DNA of 63,992 nt, counting the filler, from a bacterium (GTDB lineage Bacteria; UBA9089; CG2-30-40-21; SBAY01), in the NCBI GenBank assembly GCA_040757115.1. It is 4 parts of 4 records of this genome, joined end to end, with 100 filler letters (N's around TTAATTAATTAA, not from the genome) between each part and the next. Parts side by side here need not be neighbours in the genome. Positions count along the whole stretch, not along the records: positions 16,405 to 32,575 come from JBFLYA010000079.1; 3 more parts are not named here. The stretch is one strand, 5' to 3'. A program made the translations under genes and the position numbers. The notes beneath the pieces are model-generated. The model made no database searches. It was not told the DNA's origin and saw only the letters and a program-made list of their open reading frames with translations. Shown here piece by piece: positions 19,498 through 30,046 of the stretch. Position 1 is the first letter of the stretch, and every line of letters begins with the position of its first letter.

Positions 19498-22400
19498 ATG
19501 CTGAGATTATCTTATTATGGAGTAACATTATTATTGATATTGTTATCATCTGTCTTAAATGCTCAGGCAGATAATAACAACTCTCCTTTTCCTCTCATTG
19601 GCATATTTGGCACTTTGGGAAATGGAGATGGTGAACTTCAACATCCATGCGGATTAGCAGTAGATGATATAAACGAATGGATTTATATTGCCGATACCGG
19701 TAATAATAAGATAAAGAAGTTCAATCGATTTGGAGACTTCCAGGATTCATTCGGAGGAGTAGGTACTGAGGATGGCAAGTTTATTCATCCTTACGGAGTA
19801 GCAGTAGATACTACTAATGATGATATTTATGTTGTGGATACGGTCAATCATCGTATTCAAAAATTTCATATTGCTCAAGGTACTTATACATTTATACTAA
19901 AATTTGGTGAGATGGGTAGTGGCAATACACAATTTTACTTACCAAGAGATATGGATGTTGGTCATGATGGTAATATTTATGTTTGTGACTCTGGCAACCA
20001 GCGAATACAAAAATTTAATACATCAGGAGACTGGTTAAATACTATTGGTCAAGATGCAGGATTACTATATCCTTATGGATTAGATGTAGATACTGATGGC
20101 AATATTTATGTTGCAGATACCTATCATCACCGTATTGTAAAATTTAATTCAAATGGAAACTTTTTAATGGAATTTGGTACTCATGGAACAGGTCCTGGTG
20201 AGTTTTATTTCCCTCGAGATGTAGGAGTAGATAGTAGTGGTAATATCTTTGTTGCTGATACAGAGAATTATCGAATACAAAAATTTGACTCAAATGGTGA
20301 ATATCTTAACTCATTTGGTGTATTTGTTGACTTTCTATCTCCACAAAAGGTAGTCATAGATAAAAACTATAAACTTTATGTAATCGATTCCAATACTAAC
20401 AAATTACGCATTTATGATGTCAGTGATTATATAAGCAATGTATTTGCAAAGCCAAATCCTTTCTCACCAGATAATGATACCTTCCTGGATACTACCTATA
20501 TTCATTATACCATTCCAGAACCAGCAAAAATAACTATTACTATTTATGATAATACCAGTAGTTTAGTCCGAACTTTATTAGAAAATGAAGAAAGATTTAC
20601 TTCTTCAAATGCAGAAGAATGGGATGGTAAAGATGATTACGGTATTACAGTTGTTGAAGGAATATATACCTGTAAGATAGATGCAGTAAATGCAGTTAAT
20701 TATCATGCCCCACAGGTATCATGTGAAGTAATGGTATATTATCCTAAAGGGCAAATTTCAGGGACAGTAACTGATGGGATAAATCCTATAGAAGGAGCAG
20801 TTGTTACCGATGGGATAAGATATAATATAACGGATAAAGATGGTAACTATACTATAAAAAATGTCCCGGCAGGTGTTTTTACTGTAATAGCAAGTAAGAG
20901 TGGTTACAGTAGTGCAGGGCAACAGGTTATAGTTGGAATAGAAGAGATAGTTACAGGAATCAATTTTATACTGGTACCTATATCTGCCGCAGGACAAATG
21001 TCAGGTAAGGTAGCTGATGATAAAATGAATCCAATAGAAGGAGCAATAGTATCAGATGGAGATAGACATGACATAACCAATGCCGATGGTGAGTATACAA
21101 TAAAGAATATCCCAGATGGGACATATACAGTCACTGCCAGTAAAGAAGGCTTTAAACCAGCATCTCAATCGGTTACAATAACAGATGGAGGAATAGTTGT
21201 AGGAGTAGATTTTATGCTTGAATCAGAAGTTAACCATCCACCTGTATTAGACCCAATTGGAGATAAAGAGGTTGATGAAGGTAAATTATTAGAGTTTATT
21301 ATTACTGCTACTGATGAAGATGATGATATTTTAATCTTTGAGGTTGAGAATTTACCAACAGGAAGTACATTTATTGATGCTAAATTCAGTTGGAGACCTG
21401 CTTATGACCAGGCAGGAACTTATCCAGTTACTTTCAATGTCTATGATGCTAAGGGCGGTACAGATACTGAAACTATCACAATTACAGTAAATGATATTAT
21501 TCCTCCACGCTATGTTTGGATGTATAAATTTGAAAAATTTGATAATAATGAGGTAATTGACTATTTATGTAACATGGAAATTAATGGAGTATTTCTTAGT
21601 CTTGATGTTAGGAAGATTAATGAAGGAAATCCCAATTACTCTGCAACATATACGGCTAAATTACAGGATTTCATTAACCAGGCTAATACTGAAGGTATTG
21701 AAGTTCATGCCATGACACTTGAAGACCCTAATTTTACCTATGAATCAGAGCATCAAAAGGGAATAGACCTGGTAGAGGATGTAATTGCATATTGCAGAAA
21801 TAATCCTCTTTTAGCATTAAAAGGTGTACATATTGATACTGAGCCACATGCATTAGATGAATGGCAAGATGGAGACTGGAACATACGAGAAATATTGATG
21901 CAGTCGTATGTACTGCTACTTAGTAAAATCAGAGATACTTTAGATGCTAATTCTGATGTCAACCTCCATTTTTCTGCCGGTATTGCCTGGTGGTACAATG
22001 AAAAGGCTAATGAAGGAAAACTACCTTCTGGTGATACCTCAAACTTAGCAAAATATCTACAAACAGTAGTTCCAATGGTGTATGTCTCACCTGATGGAAT
22101 AATAAGTCGAGTAGAAGATGAAATTGAGGAGGCAGATACTATTGTAGGTATCAAGGTAGAAGATTTCTTTAACTTTTATAAAGAACTTAAAGATACTATG
22201 GTTAAAATTGATAAAGAGTTTGAGAGCAAAACTCATTATAAAGGTATTTCCGTATTCGAATATAAGACAATGAAAGAGCTATACTTATTACCTACAATTA
22301 CTATCTTTACAGATAAACCCGAATATTATACTAATGATACTCTCACCATAACAGCCTATGTTACTAATCGTGGTAATGATGTTAATGTTGATGTAAAGAT

Positions 22401-22623
22401 TTGGCTAAAACTTCCAACTGATAAGTTAATATCATTGATAAATATGTATAATTATACTTTGAAACAAGGTATTGATTTTGAGGTTGATATATTTTACCAT
22501 ACCTTTGTTGGTAGTGAGCCACCTGGAGTGTATCTTGGAGGCAGTCGATTCTTAAATTTAATAACAGGTAATATTACCAGTGAGGATTTTACCTCTTTTG
22601 AATTTTTAGGTAGCTCTTATTAA
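19498..22623 (+). CDS. Multidomain surface protein: NHL-repeat propeller, FlgD-Ig, two carboxypeptidase-regulatory-like domains, cadherin-like Ig, TIM-barrel GH-like domain, C-terminal Ig
   Basis: IYVADTxNxRIQKF repeats; PNPFSPDND...WDGKDD; GQISGTVTD...PIEGAVV twice; NHPPVLDPIGDK; GVHIDTEPH. Confidence 0.85.
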   Translation: MLRLSYYGVTLLLILLSSVLNAQADNNNSPFPLIGIFGTLGNGDGELQHPCGLAVDDINEWIYIADTGNNKIKKFNRFGDFQDSFGGVGTEDGKFIHPYGVAVDTTNDDIYVVDTVNHRIQKFHIAQGTYTFILKFGEMGSGNTQFYLPRDMDVGHDGNIYVCDSGNQRIQKFNTSGDWLNTIGQDAGLLYPYGLDVDTDGNIYVADTYHHRIVKFNSNGNFLMEFGTHGTGPGEFYFPRDVGVDSSGNIFVADTENYRIQKFDSNGEYLNSFGVFVDFLSPQKVVIDKNYKLYVIDSNTNKLRIYDVSDYISNVFAKPNPFSPDNDTFLDTTYIHYTIPEPAKITITIYDNTSSLVRTLLENEERFTSSNAEEWDGKDDYGITVVEGIYTCKIDAVNAVNYHAPQVSCEVMVYYPKGQISGTVTDGINPIEGAVVTDGIRYNITDKDGNYTIKNVPAGVFTVIASKSGYSSAGQQVIVGIEEIVTGINFILVPISAAGQMSGKVADDKMNPIEGAIVSDGDRHDITNADGEYTIKNIPDGTYTVTASKEGFKPASQSVTITDGGIVVGVDFMLESEVNHPPVLDPIGDKEVDEGKLLEFIITATDEDDDILIFEVENLPTGSTFIDAKFSWRPAYDQAGTYPVTFNVYDAKGGTDTETITITVNDIIPPRYVWMYKFEKFDNNEVIDYLCNMEINGVFLSLDVRKINEGNPNYSATYTAKLQDFINQANTEGIEVHAMTLEDPNFTYESEHQKGIDLVEDVIAYCRNNPLLALKGVHIDTEPHALDEWQDGDWNIREILMQSYVLLLSKIRDTLDANSDVNLHFSAGIAWWYNEKANEGKLPSGDTSNLAKYLQTVVPMVYVSPDGIISRVEDEIEEADTIVGIKVEDFFNFYKELKDTMVKIDKEFESKTHYKGISVFEYKTMKELYLLPTITIFTDKPEYYTNDTLTITAYVTNRGNDVNVDVKIWLKLPTDKLISLINMYNYTLKQGIDFEVDIFYHTFVGSEPPGVYLGGSRFLNLITGNITSEDFTSFEFLGSSY

Positions 22624-22785
22624 CTACTATATTTATCCGTGCTAATCCGTGTTAATCAGTGGCTGAATAGTTACTTATTTTCAATACATTTATTGTAAGC
22701 GTTCAGCAGTCAGCCATCAGTTGTCAGCTTATATACAAAAGTGTTATTCTTTGTCAGGACGGATTTTTAATGTTATAGTTTCTAT

Positions 22786-23328
22786 TTAAAACTCAATCCC
22801 TTTTCTTCTCTGAATTCCTGAGTCATAAGGATGCTTTATTTTTTTTATCTCACTAACTAAATCTGCTTTTTCAATTATTTTCTGCGTTGCCCCACGACCA
22901 GTCAAAACCAATTCCATGCCTGGCGGTTTAGATTCCATTAGTTCTATTATTTCTTCCTCCTTCAAGAAGCCGTCCCGCAAGGAAATTAGAATTTCATCAA
23001 GTATCAGCATATCGTAGCGATTTTCCTGGTAGAGATTTTTAATAAACTTCAGTCCCTTCTGGCATTCTTCCCGCATCTCGTTGTAGGTAACATCTTTGAA
23101 GAAATGTGGGTGTTTTTTGGCAACCCCAAAAATATCCACTCCAATTTTTTCTAAGATTTGATGTTCGCCAGATTTCCATCGTGCTGGGGCTTTATGGAAA
23201 TAAACATATCCCACTTTGAAATTATGCCCCTTTGCTCTCACCGCAAGACCAACAGCCGCCGTTGTTTTACCTTTACCTTCTCCAGTATAAATCTGAATCA
23301 ATCCCCTTTTTTTCATTAAACAATTCAC
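22786..23328 (-). CDS. cobO: Cob(I)alamin adenosyltransferase CobO/BtuR
   Basis: GLIQIYTGEGKGKTTAAVGLAVRA, LILDEI, ELVLTGR, KHPYDSG...GIEF. Confidence 0.93.
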   Translation of the reverse strand: MNCLMKKRGLIQIYTGEGKGKTTAAVGLAVRAKGHNFKVGYVYFHKAPARWKSGEHQILEKIGVDIFGVAKKHPHFFKDVTYNEMREECQKGLKFIKNLYQENRYDMLILDEILISLRDGFLKEEEIIELMESKPPGMELVLTGRGATQKIIEKADLVSEIKKIKHPYDSGIQRRKGIEF

Positions 23329-23332
23329 CCCT

Positions 23333-25189
23333 TTAGAGTTGAAATACCGATATTGCCCCTTGACAGTAAATTAATTTTAAATGATTTTGCATAAATTCGT
23401 GATATAATCTTTTCTCTTCCTTATTTTGAAAAGAGAAGTAATCAAAATATTTACTTAGCCACTGGCTACCTATTTCATTATAAAGTAAATGGGTTACGCC
23501 TGATTTCTTTAAATTATCTATCAGGTCTTTTTTATTTTTGGATTTACGGATTAATTCAAGGATGATATTGGTATCGAATTGCGTACTGACTAATTTATCC
23601 TGCTGACAATAGTAACTTCGCACCTCGCCAATAAATAAAATCTTACTTTCTTTTGGTAAATGCTGATTAATATATGAAATAACATCATAATAATCTTTAA
23701 TGATTGATTTTTTAAGGAGAAATTTTTCACATCCATCTTTTTTTAAGCACATCAGATAAGAATTTTTATAGACAGTTTTTGAGACATTAAATAAATTCCA
23801 TAACAGGCAAATAGCCAGTAAAAGATAAAGGTATTTGAACTTCGAAATCACATAGCCTATGACAACACATAATAAAACAAAACAAGGCAAACTAAACCTA
23901 TCTACTGCACAAACATAAGACCAGAACAAAAAGAAAATCCCACAAAAGGTAAGTAAATATTTGAGGTTAAAATCTAATTTTTTAAGTTTCAGAAGGAAGG
24001 GTAGAGAAATAATGAATATTGGACCTACCGGGATTTTTACACCCGTATCCATCCCACCCCATTTAAAACATATATTCCAGAAGAAGATAAATGGTTTTAA
24101 TAACAGGTGTTCTCCGGCACTATATCTGGTCATCTCATGAAGATACCGGCTCTGGTGAATTTGACTCCAATTTTTCCCACCAAAAGTATCGTAAAGCAAT
24201 GGGAAAACAGGATTGCCGGTAAAAATAAGGTTTTTTATCAGCCATGGGACAACAGGTATCAAGGCAAATACCCCAAAAATAATCGTTGTTTTAATTGCTT
24301 TTAAAATCCCGTCTTGCCGCCACTTCCCAATTAAAATACTTAAAACTAAAATCCCAAATCCAAACCCGCCAAAATACTTAACACCAATAGATAATCCACA
24401 GGTTAGTCCAGACAGCAATAACCATCCATAAGTCTTTTCTTTATACCAAACTAAAAACGCATAAACCGCTAAAATCTCATAAAAAGTAATGGCAAAATCA
24501 TTAAAGGCAGATGTAGCCACAAAAATGGCTAATGGCATACTACAAAAAGATAAAACAGATAAAAAGGCAACCTTTGGAGTAAAATATCTTCTCGCTAAAG
24601 AGTAAATACTCAATCCCGATAATATCCCAAATAAAAAATGTATTAATTTAGCCAGCAAATCTCCATTTAATAAAAGTCCAAGAGTGAAAAGCATTTCGGT
24701 ATTAAAGGTATAGTTTGAAAAGCAATTATAGGGTAGATAGATAATCTTATGATGTTTAACATAAATTTCGGGCACGGCTAAATGATAAACCAGGGCATCA
24801 AAGGTAACTGTGGGAACCAGGACTAAAATTATGGCTAAGATGAGGGTAAGTGCAATGAAAAAACTGCAAATTAAAGAAAAGGGATTTAAATTAATTTTTA
24901 CAAGAAATTTTCTTAAAAGGTATAAAATTTCACAATAAAAAATGCCTGCTAACAGCACAAATATTAAATAAAAGACCCAATCATAAAGCAAGCCTGATAA
25001 TCCGAGGCATAACACAAGATAAGATACACATCCCAATCCTAATCCGGTTGAAAATATTAGTTCCTCTAAAAAACTATGTGTTTTAATCTTAAGGATTTTG
25101 AGTATCTTCAGCCCCAAACAGAAGGAAATTAGTATCAGAAGAAACAATTGACTAATTTCAGTTAACCTAAGATTCGCCAGATTTATCAT
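23333..25189 (-). CDS. Integral membrane GT-C (ArnT/PMT-like) glycosyltransferase
   Basis: Many TM helices; FDALVYHLAVP; PWLIKNLIFTGNPVFP. The ORF-track extension to 25345 lies inside a MITE. Confidence 0.75.
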   Translation of the reverse strand: MINLANLRLTEISQLFLLILISFCLGLKILKILKIKTHSFLEELIFSTGLGLGCVSYLVLCLGLSGLLYDWVFYLIFVLLAGIFYCEILYLLRKFLVKINLNPFSLICSFFIALTLILAIILVLVPTVTFDALVYHLAVPEIYVKHHKIIYLPYNCFSNYTFNTEMLFTLGLLLNGDLLAKLIHFLFGILSGLSIYSLARRYFTPKVAFLSVLSFCSMPLAIFVATSAFNDFAITFYEILAVYAFLVWYKEKTYGWLLLSGLTCGLSIGVKYFGGFGFGILVLSILIGKWRQDGILKAIKTTIIFGVFALIPVVPWLIKNLIFTGNPVFPLLYDTFGGKNWSQIHQSRYLHEMTRYSAGEHLLLKPFIFFWNICFKWGGMDTGVKIPVGPIFIISLPFLLKLKKLDFNLKYLLTFCGIFFLFWSYVCAVDRFSLPCFVLLCVVIGYVISKFKYLYLLLAICLLWNLFNVSKTVYKNSYLMCLKKDGCEKFLLKKSIIKDYYDVISYINQHLPKESKILFIGEVRSYYCQQDKLVSTQFDTNIILELIRKSKNKKDLIDNLKKSGVTHLLYNEIGSQWLSKYFDYFSFQNKEEKRLYHEFMQNHLKLIYCQGAISVFQL

Positions 25190-25198
25190 CTTATTACC

Positions 25199-25227
25199 AT
25201 TGTATCTAACACCTAACAGATTGTCAA
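25199..25227 (-). promoter_or_regulatory. Sigma70 promoter giving a near-leaderless transcript
   Basis: TTGACA-17 bp-TACAAT, 9 nt before ATG 25189. Confidence 0.6.
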
Positions 25228-25242
25228 GCAATTTAATTTTTA

Positions 25243-25685
25243 TATGGGTTATTAACTGGAAGTTTACATAGGATAATACCCATAAATAAGGCATGAGAAT
25301 AATCGTTCCGTTAGGAACATAATATCGGTAGGAATAGATAGACAAATCAATCAGTTCCGTAGGAACGATATATTGGTAGAAAATTTATGGAAAGCCATTT
25401 ACCGATATATTGTCCCTCTGGGACATTATTTGTATGATATTTATTTCTACCGATATGTTCTCCCTATGGGACATTAAATGAAGGATGAGGTAGAATTTTC
25501 ACATTCTATTTTTTCCCATTTTATCATAAGAAATGGGAGAAGGCAAGCCAAATGGACATAATTGTCTAAAAATATAGAGAGTTATAGCACTAATTTGACA
25601 TAGTGTAGTAATGGTTCACACATAACTTGTTAATTCACTACGAGTATTTAATTCTAAGTAATGTTTTGAATAATAACTGCTATAG
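25243..25685. mobile_element. MITE-like element with TATAGCRGTTATT termini and internal REP-like hairpins
   Basis: Near-identical second copy at 31728-32261. Confidence 0.75.
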
Positions 25686-25687
25686 TC

Positions 25688-25930
25688 GTAACTATTCAGC
25701 CACTGATTACCATGGATTAGCACGGATAAATAACAGAGGAGAGAAAGCACAGTGGTAGGAACAGAGCTTGTTCCTATCCGTTCCGTAGGCGGAAGAACTA
25801 CAAGGGTTGTCCTTATAACTCTAAGGACAGGCAAGTCTCCCAAATACGATTAGCGGGATTTTCCGTGTTTCATCTGTGTACATCCGTGGCTGAATCGTTA
25901 CCATATTTTTACCTATATCTGAACGCTTAC
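25688..25930. mobile_element. GTAAC-TIR MITE with compound right end and an internal GTAG-type REP doublet
   Basis: GTAACTATTCAGCCAC...GTGGCTGAATCGTTAC, followed by ...CTGAACGCTTAC. Confidence 0.7.
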
Positions 25931-26002
25931 AAAAAATCTTGCGTCCAATAAAAATCAGTATCTCATCCGTGTTCATCTATGGCTGAACAGTTATGATATT
26001 TT

Positions 26003-27481
26003 TTACCTTACTACTTTGATTGTTTTTAAAGTTGGGGCTTCGGGGCCATTAAATCGCATTCCAGCTTTAGACTCAAGATTAATATAATCAATAATCCCTT
26101 GAGATATTCTTTCCCCGGGAAAAAGAAGAGGGATACCAGGAGGGAAAGGAACAATTAATTCAGCTGAAATTTCTCCGGATGCGTGAGTGAATTCTATCGT
26201 CTTGTGCTTACCAAAGACAGCATCATGTGGAGTTAAAACCTGTTCTGGTAAATCATGTAAGAAGTTTATTAATGGACTATATTTTTTAGATAGCTCTTGT
26301 GTTTTTAAAGTATTTATTTCTTCTTTAGAAGTAAAATCCCGCAAGCAAAAAAGTAGATAATCTATATCTTGCTCAGTATCTCCGATACTTATAATCAGGA
26401 CAATGTTAAACAAATCTGACATCTCTATTTTAATCTTATATTGTTCTTGAAGGATTCGCTCTACTTCATACCCAAGGCAACCTATTTTCTTAACTGTAAT
26501 TGTTATTCGAGTAGGGTCTAAATCGTAAACTCCGGGTTTGCCAATTAGTTCTTTACCAAAACAGGACAACCCGGGGATTTTATTTACCTCATTTCGTACT
26601 TTTGTAGCTAATTCAATTGTTTTTGTTAATAGTTTTTCACCTTCGGTTGCCATTTGCATACGAGCACAATCAAGAGAGGCTCTTAAAATACAAGAAGGAC
26701 TTGTAGTTTGCAGTAGACTAAGGATTGACTTAACTCGCGCAGGATTTATGCTCTTTCCTTTAATATGAAGCATAGATGCTTGTGTCATCCCAGAAAGCAA
26801 TTTATGGGTGCTATTAACACACATATCTGCTCCTGCCTCCATAGCGGAAGTGGGAAGTAAAGGATGAAATTTAAAATGAGCTCCCCAGGCTTCATCCACT
26901 AAAAGTAACTTATCATAATGATGGGTAATTTGGGCTATTTTTTCAATATCCGTGGTCAATCCATAATAGGTTGGATTAACTATAATTACTGCCTTTGCTT
27001 GAGGATGTTTTTTGATTGCCTCTTCGACATCCTCAGGGGTAACATTATAAGGAATATGTAACTCCTCATCCATCTCAGAGGGTATAAATACCGGGACTGC
27101 ACCAGCTAAGATAACTCCAGAGATAATGGATTTATGAGCATTGCGAGGAACAATAATCTCATCTCCAGAACTACAAACAGAGAGAATCATTACATGGATA
27201 CCACTTGTCGTCCCATTCACTAAGAAGAAAGATTTATCGGCGCCATAGGCTTGTGCAGTAAATAATTGTGCCTCTTCCAACACCTTCTCATAATTCTCTA
27301 TATCATCTATATCCAGGTCTAATTTGAGGACTTCTTCTCCTACAAATTTGCGGAATTTTTCAGTACAACCCTTTCCTTGTTTATGTCCAGGAGTATGAAA
27401 AGGTAGTGTCTTATCCTCTACATATTTAATCATGGCATCAAAATATGGTGTCTGATATTGTGTTAACATCTTATCCTCCAA
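26003..27481 (-). CDS. PLP-dependent Arg/Lys/Orn decarboxylase (likely arginine decarboxylase from context)
   Basis: FHTPGHKQG, LVNGTT, VDEAWGAH, STHK, PFPPGIP; same operon as speD and speE. Confidence 0.9.
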   Translation of the reverse strand: MEDKMLTQYQTPYFDAMIKYVEDKTLPFHTPGHKQGKGCTEKFRKFVGEEVLKLDLDIDDIENYEKVLEEAQLFTAQAYGADKSFFLVNGTTSGIHVMILSVCSSGDEIIVPRNAHKSIISGVILAGAVPVFIPSEMDEELHIPYNVTPEDVEEAIKKHPQAKAVIIVNPTYYGLTTDIEKIAQITHHYDKLLLVDEAWGAHFKFHPLLPTSAMEAGADMCVNSTHKLLSGMTQASMLHIKGKSINPARVKSILSLLQTTSPSCILRASLDCARMQMATEGEKLLTKTIELATKVRNEVNKIPGLSCFGKELIGKPGVYDLDPTRITITVKKIGCLGYEVERILQEQYKIKIEMSDLFNIVLIISIGDTEQDIDYLLFCLRDFTSKEEINTLKTQELSKKYSPLINFLHDLPEQVLTPHDAVFGKHKTIEFTHASGEISAELIVPFPPGIPLLFPGERISQGIIDYINLESKAGMRFNGPEAPTLKTIKVVR

Positions 27482-28046
27482 CTACTATATTCTCTGAATA
27501 TTTTTTATACCAAAAATACATGATTATACCATACCCAATTATTGGAATGAATATAGTCAATAAGGTATATGGAATTAAACCTAATAATACTAATATCGCA
27601 AACAAAACAAAGATTACTACTCCAATACTATCAGTTATAATCCACACCTTAACTTTTGTTGGTGCTTTCTTCCTTCCATGTTCAAAAAACAACAAAATAT
27701 CCCAAAAAGAATATAAGATAAAAAGACCCGAAACCCAAATCCAATAATAGGTTATTTCTTTTGAGGAAGAAGTATAAATCAGTTTATATATTACAAATAA
27801 GATTATTGTATCTGTTGCAAATCGCCATTTAGTTTCTGAATAAGGTTTTTCAAAATCAGTCTCATGAACTATTATCCAATCACTTACGACAACAATGTAT
27901 GTGAAAAAGAACAAGATATATCCCATTGCACTTGAGATTTTTTCAAAGTTACTAAATCCAATCCCTAATATAACTCCATACATTACATCGATAAAACTAA
28001 ATAGATATTTTGATTCTTTTTTGACAATAGAGGTCTCTTTATTCAT
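27471..28046 (-). CDS. Hypothetical multi-pass membrane protein
   Basis: About 6 hydrophobic helices; overlaps both neighbouring genes. Confidence 0.75.
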   Translation of the reverse strand: MNKETSIVKKESKYLFSFIDVMYGVILGIGFSNFEKISSAMGYILFFFTYIVVVSDWIIVHETDFEKPYSETKWRFATDTIILFVIYKLIYTSSSKEITYYWIWVSGLFILYSFWDILLFFEHGRKKAPTKVKVWIITDSIGVVIFVLFAILVLLGLIPYTLLTIFIPIIGYGIIMYFWYKKYSENIVVGG

Positions 28047-28944
28047 TTTCTAATTTCCAAATCAAATCTTTTGAATTAAATATTCCATATGGAAGTTTAT
28101 TTGAAACAATATCTTTGAGAAATTCTGGTAATATAAAACAACCTTGATGAATCTCAGGTGTATAATATTTAAAATTCAATCCTCTGTCGTTAATTCTTCT
28201 TTTAATTTCTTCAATTTTTATTTCATCAGGTCTAAACGTCTTTGAACCGATAGTAAAACTCCAATAGATCCCAGGATAAGTTGGAACTATTGCGGTATAA
28301 ACCTTGACCACAGGAAATACTGTTTTCATATTATTGACTACCATTTGAAGCATATTAGGCTGAAATATAGGGGACCCACTCTGTGTAACTATTATTCCAC
28401 TATCATTCAAATATCGAGCCGCAGTTTGATAGAATTGAGGTGTGAACAAATTTACTGCCTCTCCAATTGGGTCAGTTGAATCTACCAATATTATATCATA
28501 AGATTCTTTGCTATTCTGAAGAGTTATGCTTGCCTCAGCAAATATTAAATTTACTCGACTGTCTTTATATGCATCTTTTGATATATCAAGATATTCCTGG
28601 CAGATTGAAACTACTTCCTTGTCTAACTCAACCATAGTTACTTTTTCAACAGGATGGCGCAAAACTTCACGCAAAGTGCAACCATCACCACCACCAACAA
28701 TATAAACAGAACCTGGTTCAGGATGTGTTAGAAGTGGTGAATGAACCAGCATTTCATGATAAATAAATTCATCCGTCTCAGTTAATTGAACGATGTCATC
28801 TAAAAGTAACATTTTACCAAATTGATATGAATCTACAATTTTAATATTTTGATAAGCAGATTGCTTTTCGTATAATAGATTTTTAATTTTGTAACTGTGG
28901 GCACAATACGGAGTAGCAAAATCTTTAATCCATTCTTCAAACAT
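28039..28944 (-). CDS. speE: Spermidine synthase (polyamine aminopropyltransferase)
   Basis: LLDDIVQLTETDEFIYHEML, VGGGDG, ILVDSTDP. Confidence 0.95.
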   Translation of the reverse strand: MFEEWIKDFATPYCAHSYKIKNLLYEKQSAYQNIKIVDSYQFGKMLLLDDIVQLTETDEFIYHEMLVHSPLLTHPEPGSVYIVGGGDGCTLREVLRHPVEKVTMVELDKEVVSICQEYLDISKDAYKDSRVNLIFAEASITLQNSKESYDIILVDSTDPIGEAVNLFTPQFYQTAARYLNDSGIIVTQSGSPIFQPNMLQMVVNNMKTVFPVVKVYTAIVPTYPGIYWSFTIGSKTFRPDEIKIEEIKRRINDRGLNFKYYTPEIHQGCFILPEFLKDIVSNKLPYGIFNSKDLIWKLENE

Positions 28945-28962
28945 CTACATTTTCTCCTCTTT

Positions 28963-29589
28963 GTAATCGCTCAGGTGTAGGTAAAAATATGGTAACTATA
29001 ACTCAAATGGGTGTGGCTATTCTTAAACGACAGGAGATTTATTGTATCTCCTATGGTTATGTAAAAAAGAGTTAATAAAAAAGTTCCCTTCGGGTATAGA
29101 TATAAAGTAGCCATCTTAATATCTCTATCAGAGATAGTCTATTTTCAGTTATCTTTGTGTTCTTTGTGTCTCCTTTGAGAACTTTGTGTTTAATAATGTA
29201 GGTATCCTTAATTTAACCACAAACCTTACGAAGTTTTTCACAACGCTCACAGAGATATAGATTTATAATGTAATGTTCTTTATAAACAGATTCCTTAAAA
29301 AGGAACAGGAAGTCTGTTTTAACCGTCGTCCAAAAGTAGCCACACCCAACTCAAATTTCAAAACGCAAAGATCAAAACTATAACTTAAAACTAAAGAGTT
29401 CTCCATCAGTCGCAATAAATCTTAATCAGTCTCTTAGAGAGTTCATAGAGTTATTGTAATTACAATCTCTTAATTCTACAAACTCTTAACTCTATAAACT
29501 CTATTAGTTTTAAGGTTTTGAGATGAGGTTTTGAGTTTTGACTTTTGAGTTAATATTGTCCAGCCTAATGGATAGGGCTGAACGGTTAC
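28963..29589. mobile_element. GTAAC-TIR MITE containing a nested GGGTGTGGCTA-TIR element (29009-29347)
   Basis: Outer TSD TCCTCTTT/TCCTATTT; inner perfect 9-bp TSD AACTCAAAT. Confidence 0.8.
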
Positions 29590-29591
29590 TC

Positions 29592-29969
29592 CTATTTGTA
29601 TTTTAATGGTGCACCATGTGGTTTTAAAATCCCTCTTTTAATCTCATGCAAGGTAAAATTTTTTGCCTTGAGTTCTTTTACCAGATAATCTGCGGCATCT
29701 TCAGGTTTCAATACTGTTCCACAGGTAAAAACATCACCTGCCGCATAGTTATATTCAGGCCAGGTATGGATGGATAAATGCGATTCTGCGATGACAACTA
29801 TGGCACTCACACCATGTGGTGAAAATTTATGTGAAGATGTCTTAAGTACAGTAGCACCACAATTTTCTGCCGCAGAGACCAATATGTGCTCTACCTTCTT
29901 TTCATCATTTAAGATGTCTTTATCACATTCATATAATTCTATGAGTAAATGTTGTCCCAATGCCTCCAT
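29592..29969 (-). CDS. speD: S-adenosylmethionine decarboxylase proenzyme
   Basis: FSPHGVS...AESHLSIHTWPE...DVFTCG. Confidence 0.93.
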   Translation of the reverse strand: MEALGQHLLIELYECDKDILNDEKKVEHILVSAAENCGATVLKTSSHKFSPHGVSAIVVIAESHLSIHTWPEYNYAAGDVFTCGTVLKPEDAADYLVKELKAKNFTLHEIKRGILKPHGAPLKYK

Positions 29970-29999
29970 TTCATCTCTCCTATAAAATTTAACCTTAAT

Positions 30000-30028
30000 A
30001 CTTTACATTAAAATACAGGATTTGTCAA
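30000..30028 (-). promoter_or_regulatory. Promoter of the spe operon
   Basis: TTGACA-17 bp-TAAAGT. Confidence 0.55.
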
Positions 30029-30046
30029 GAAAAATTTTACATCCTT

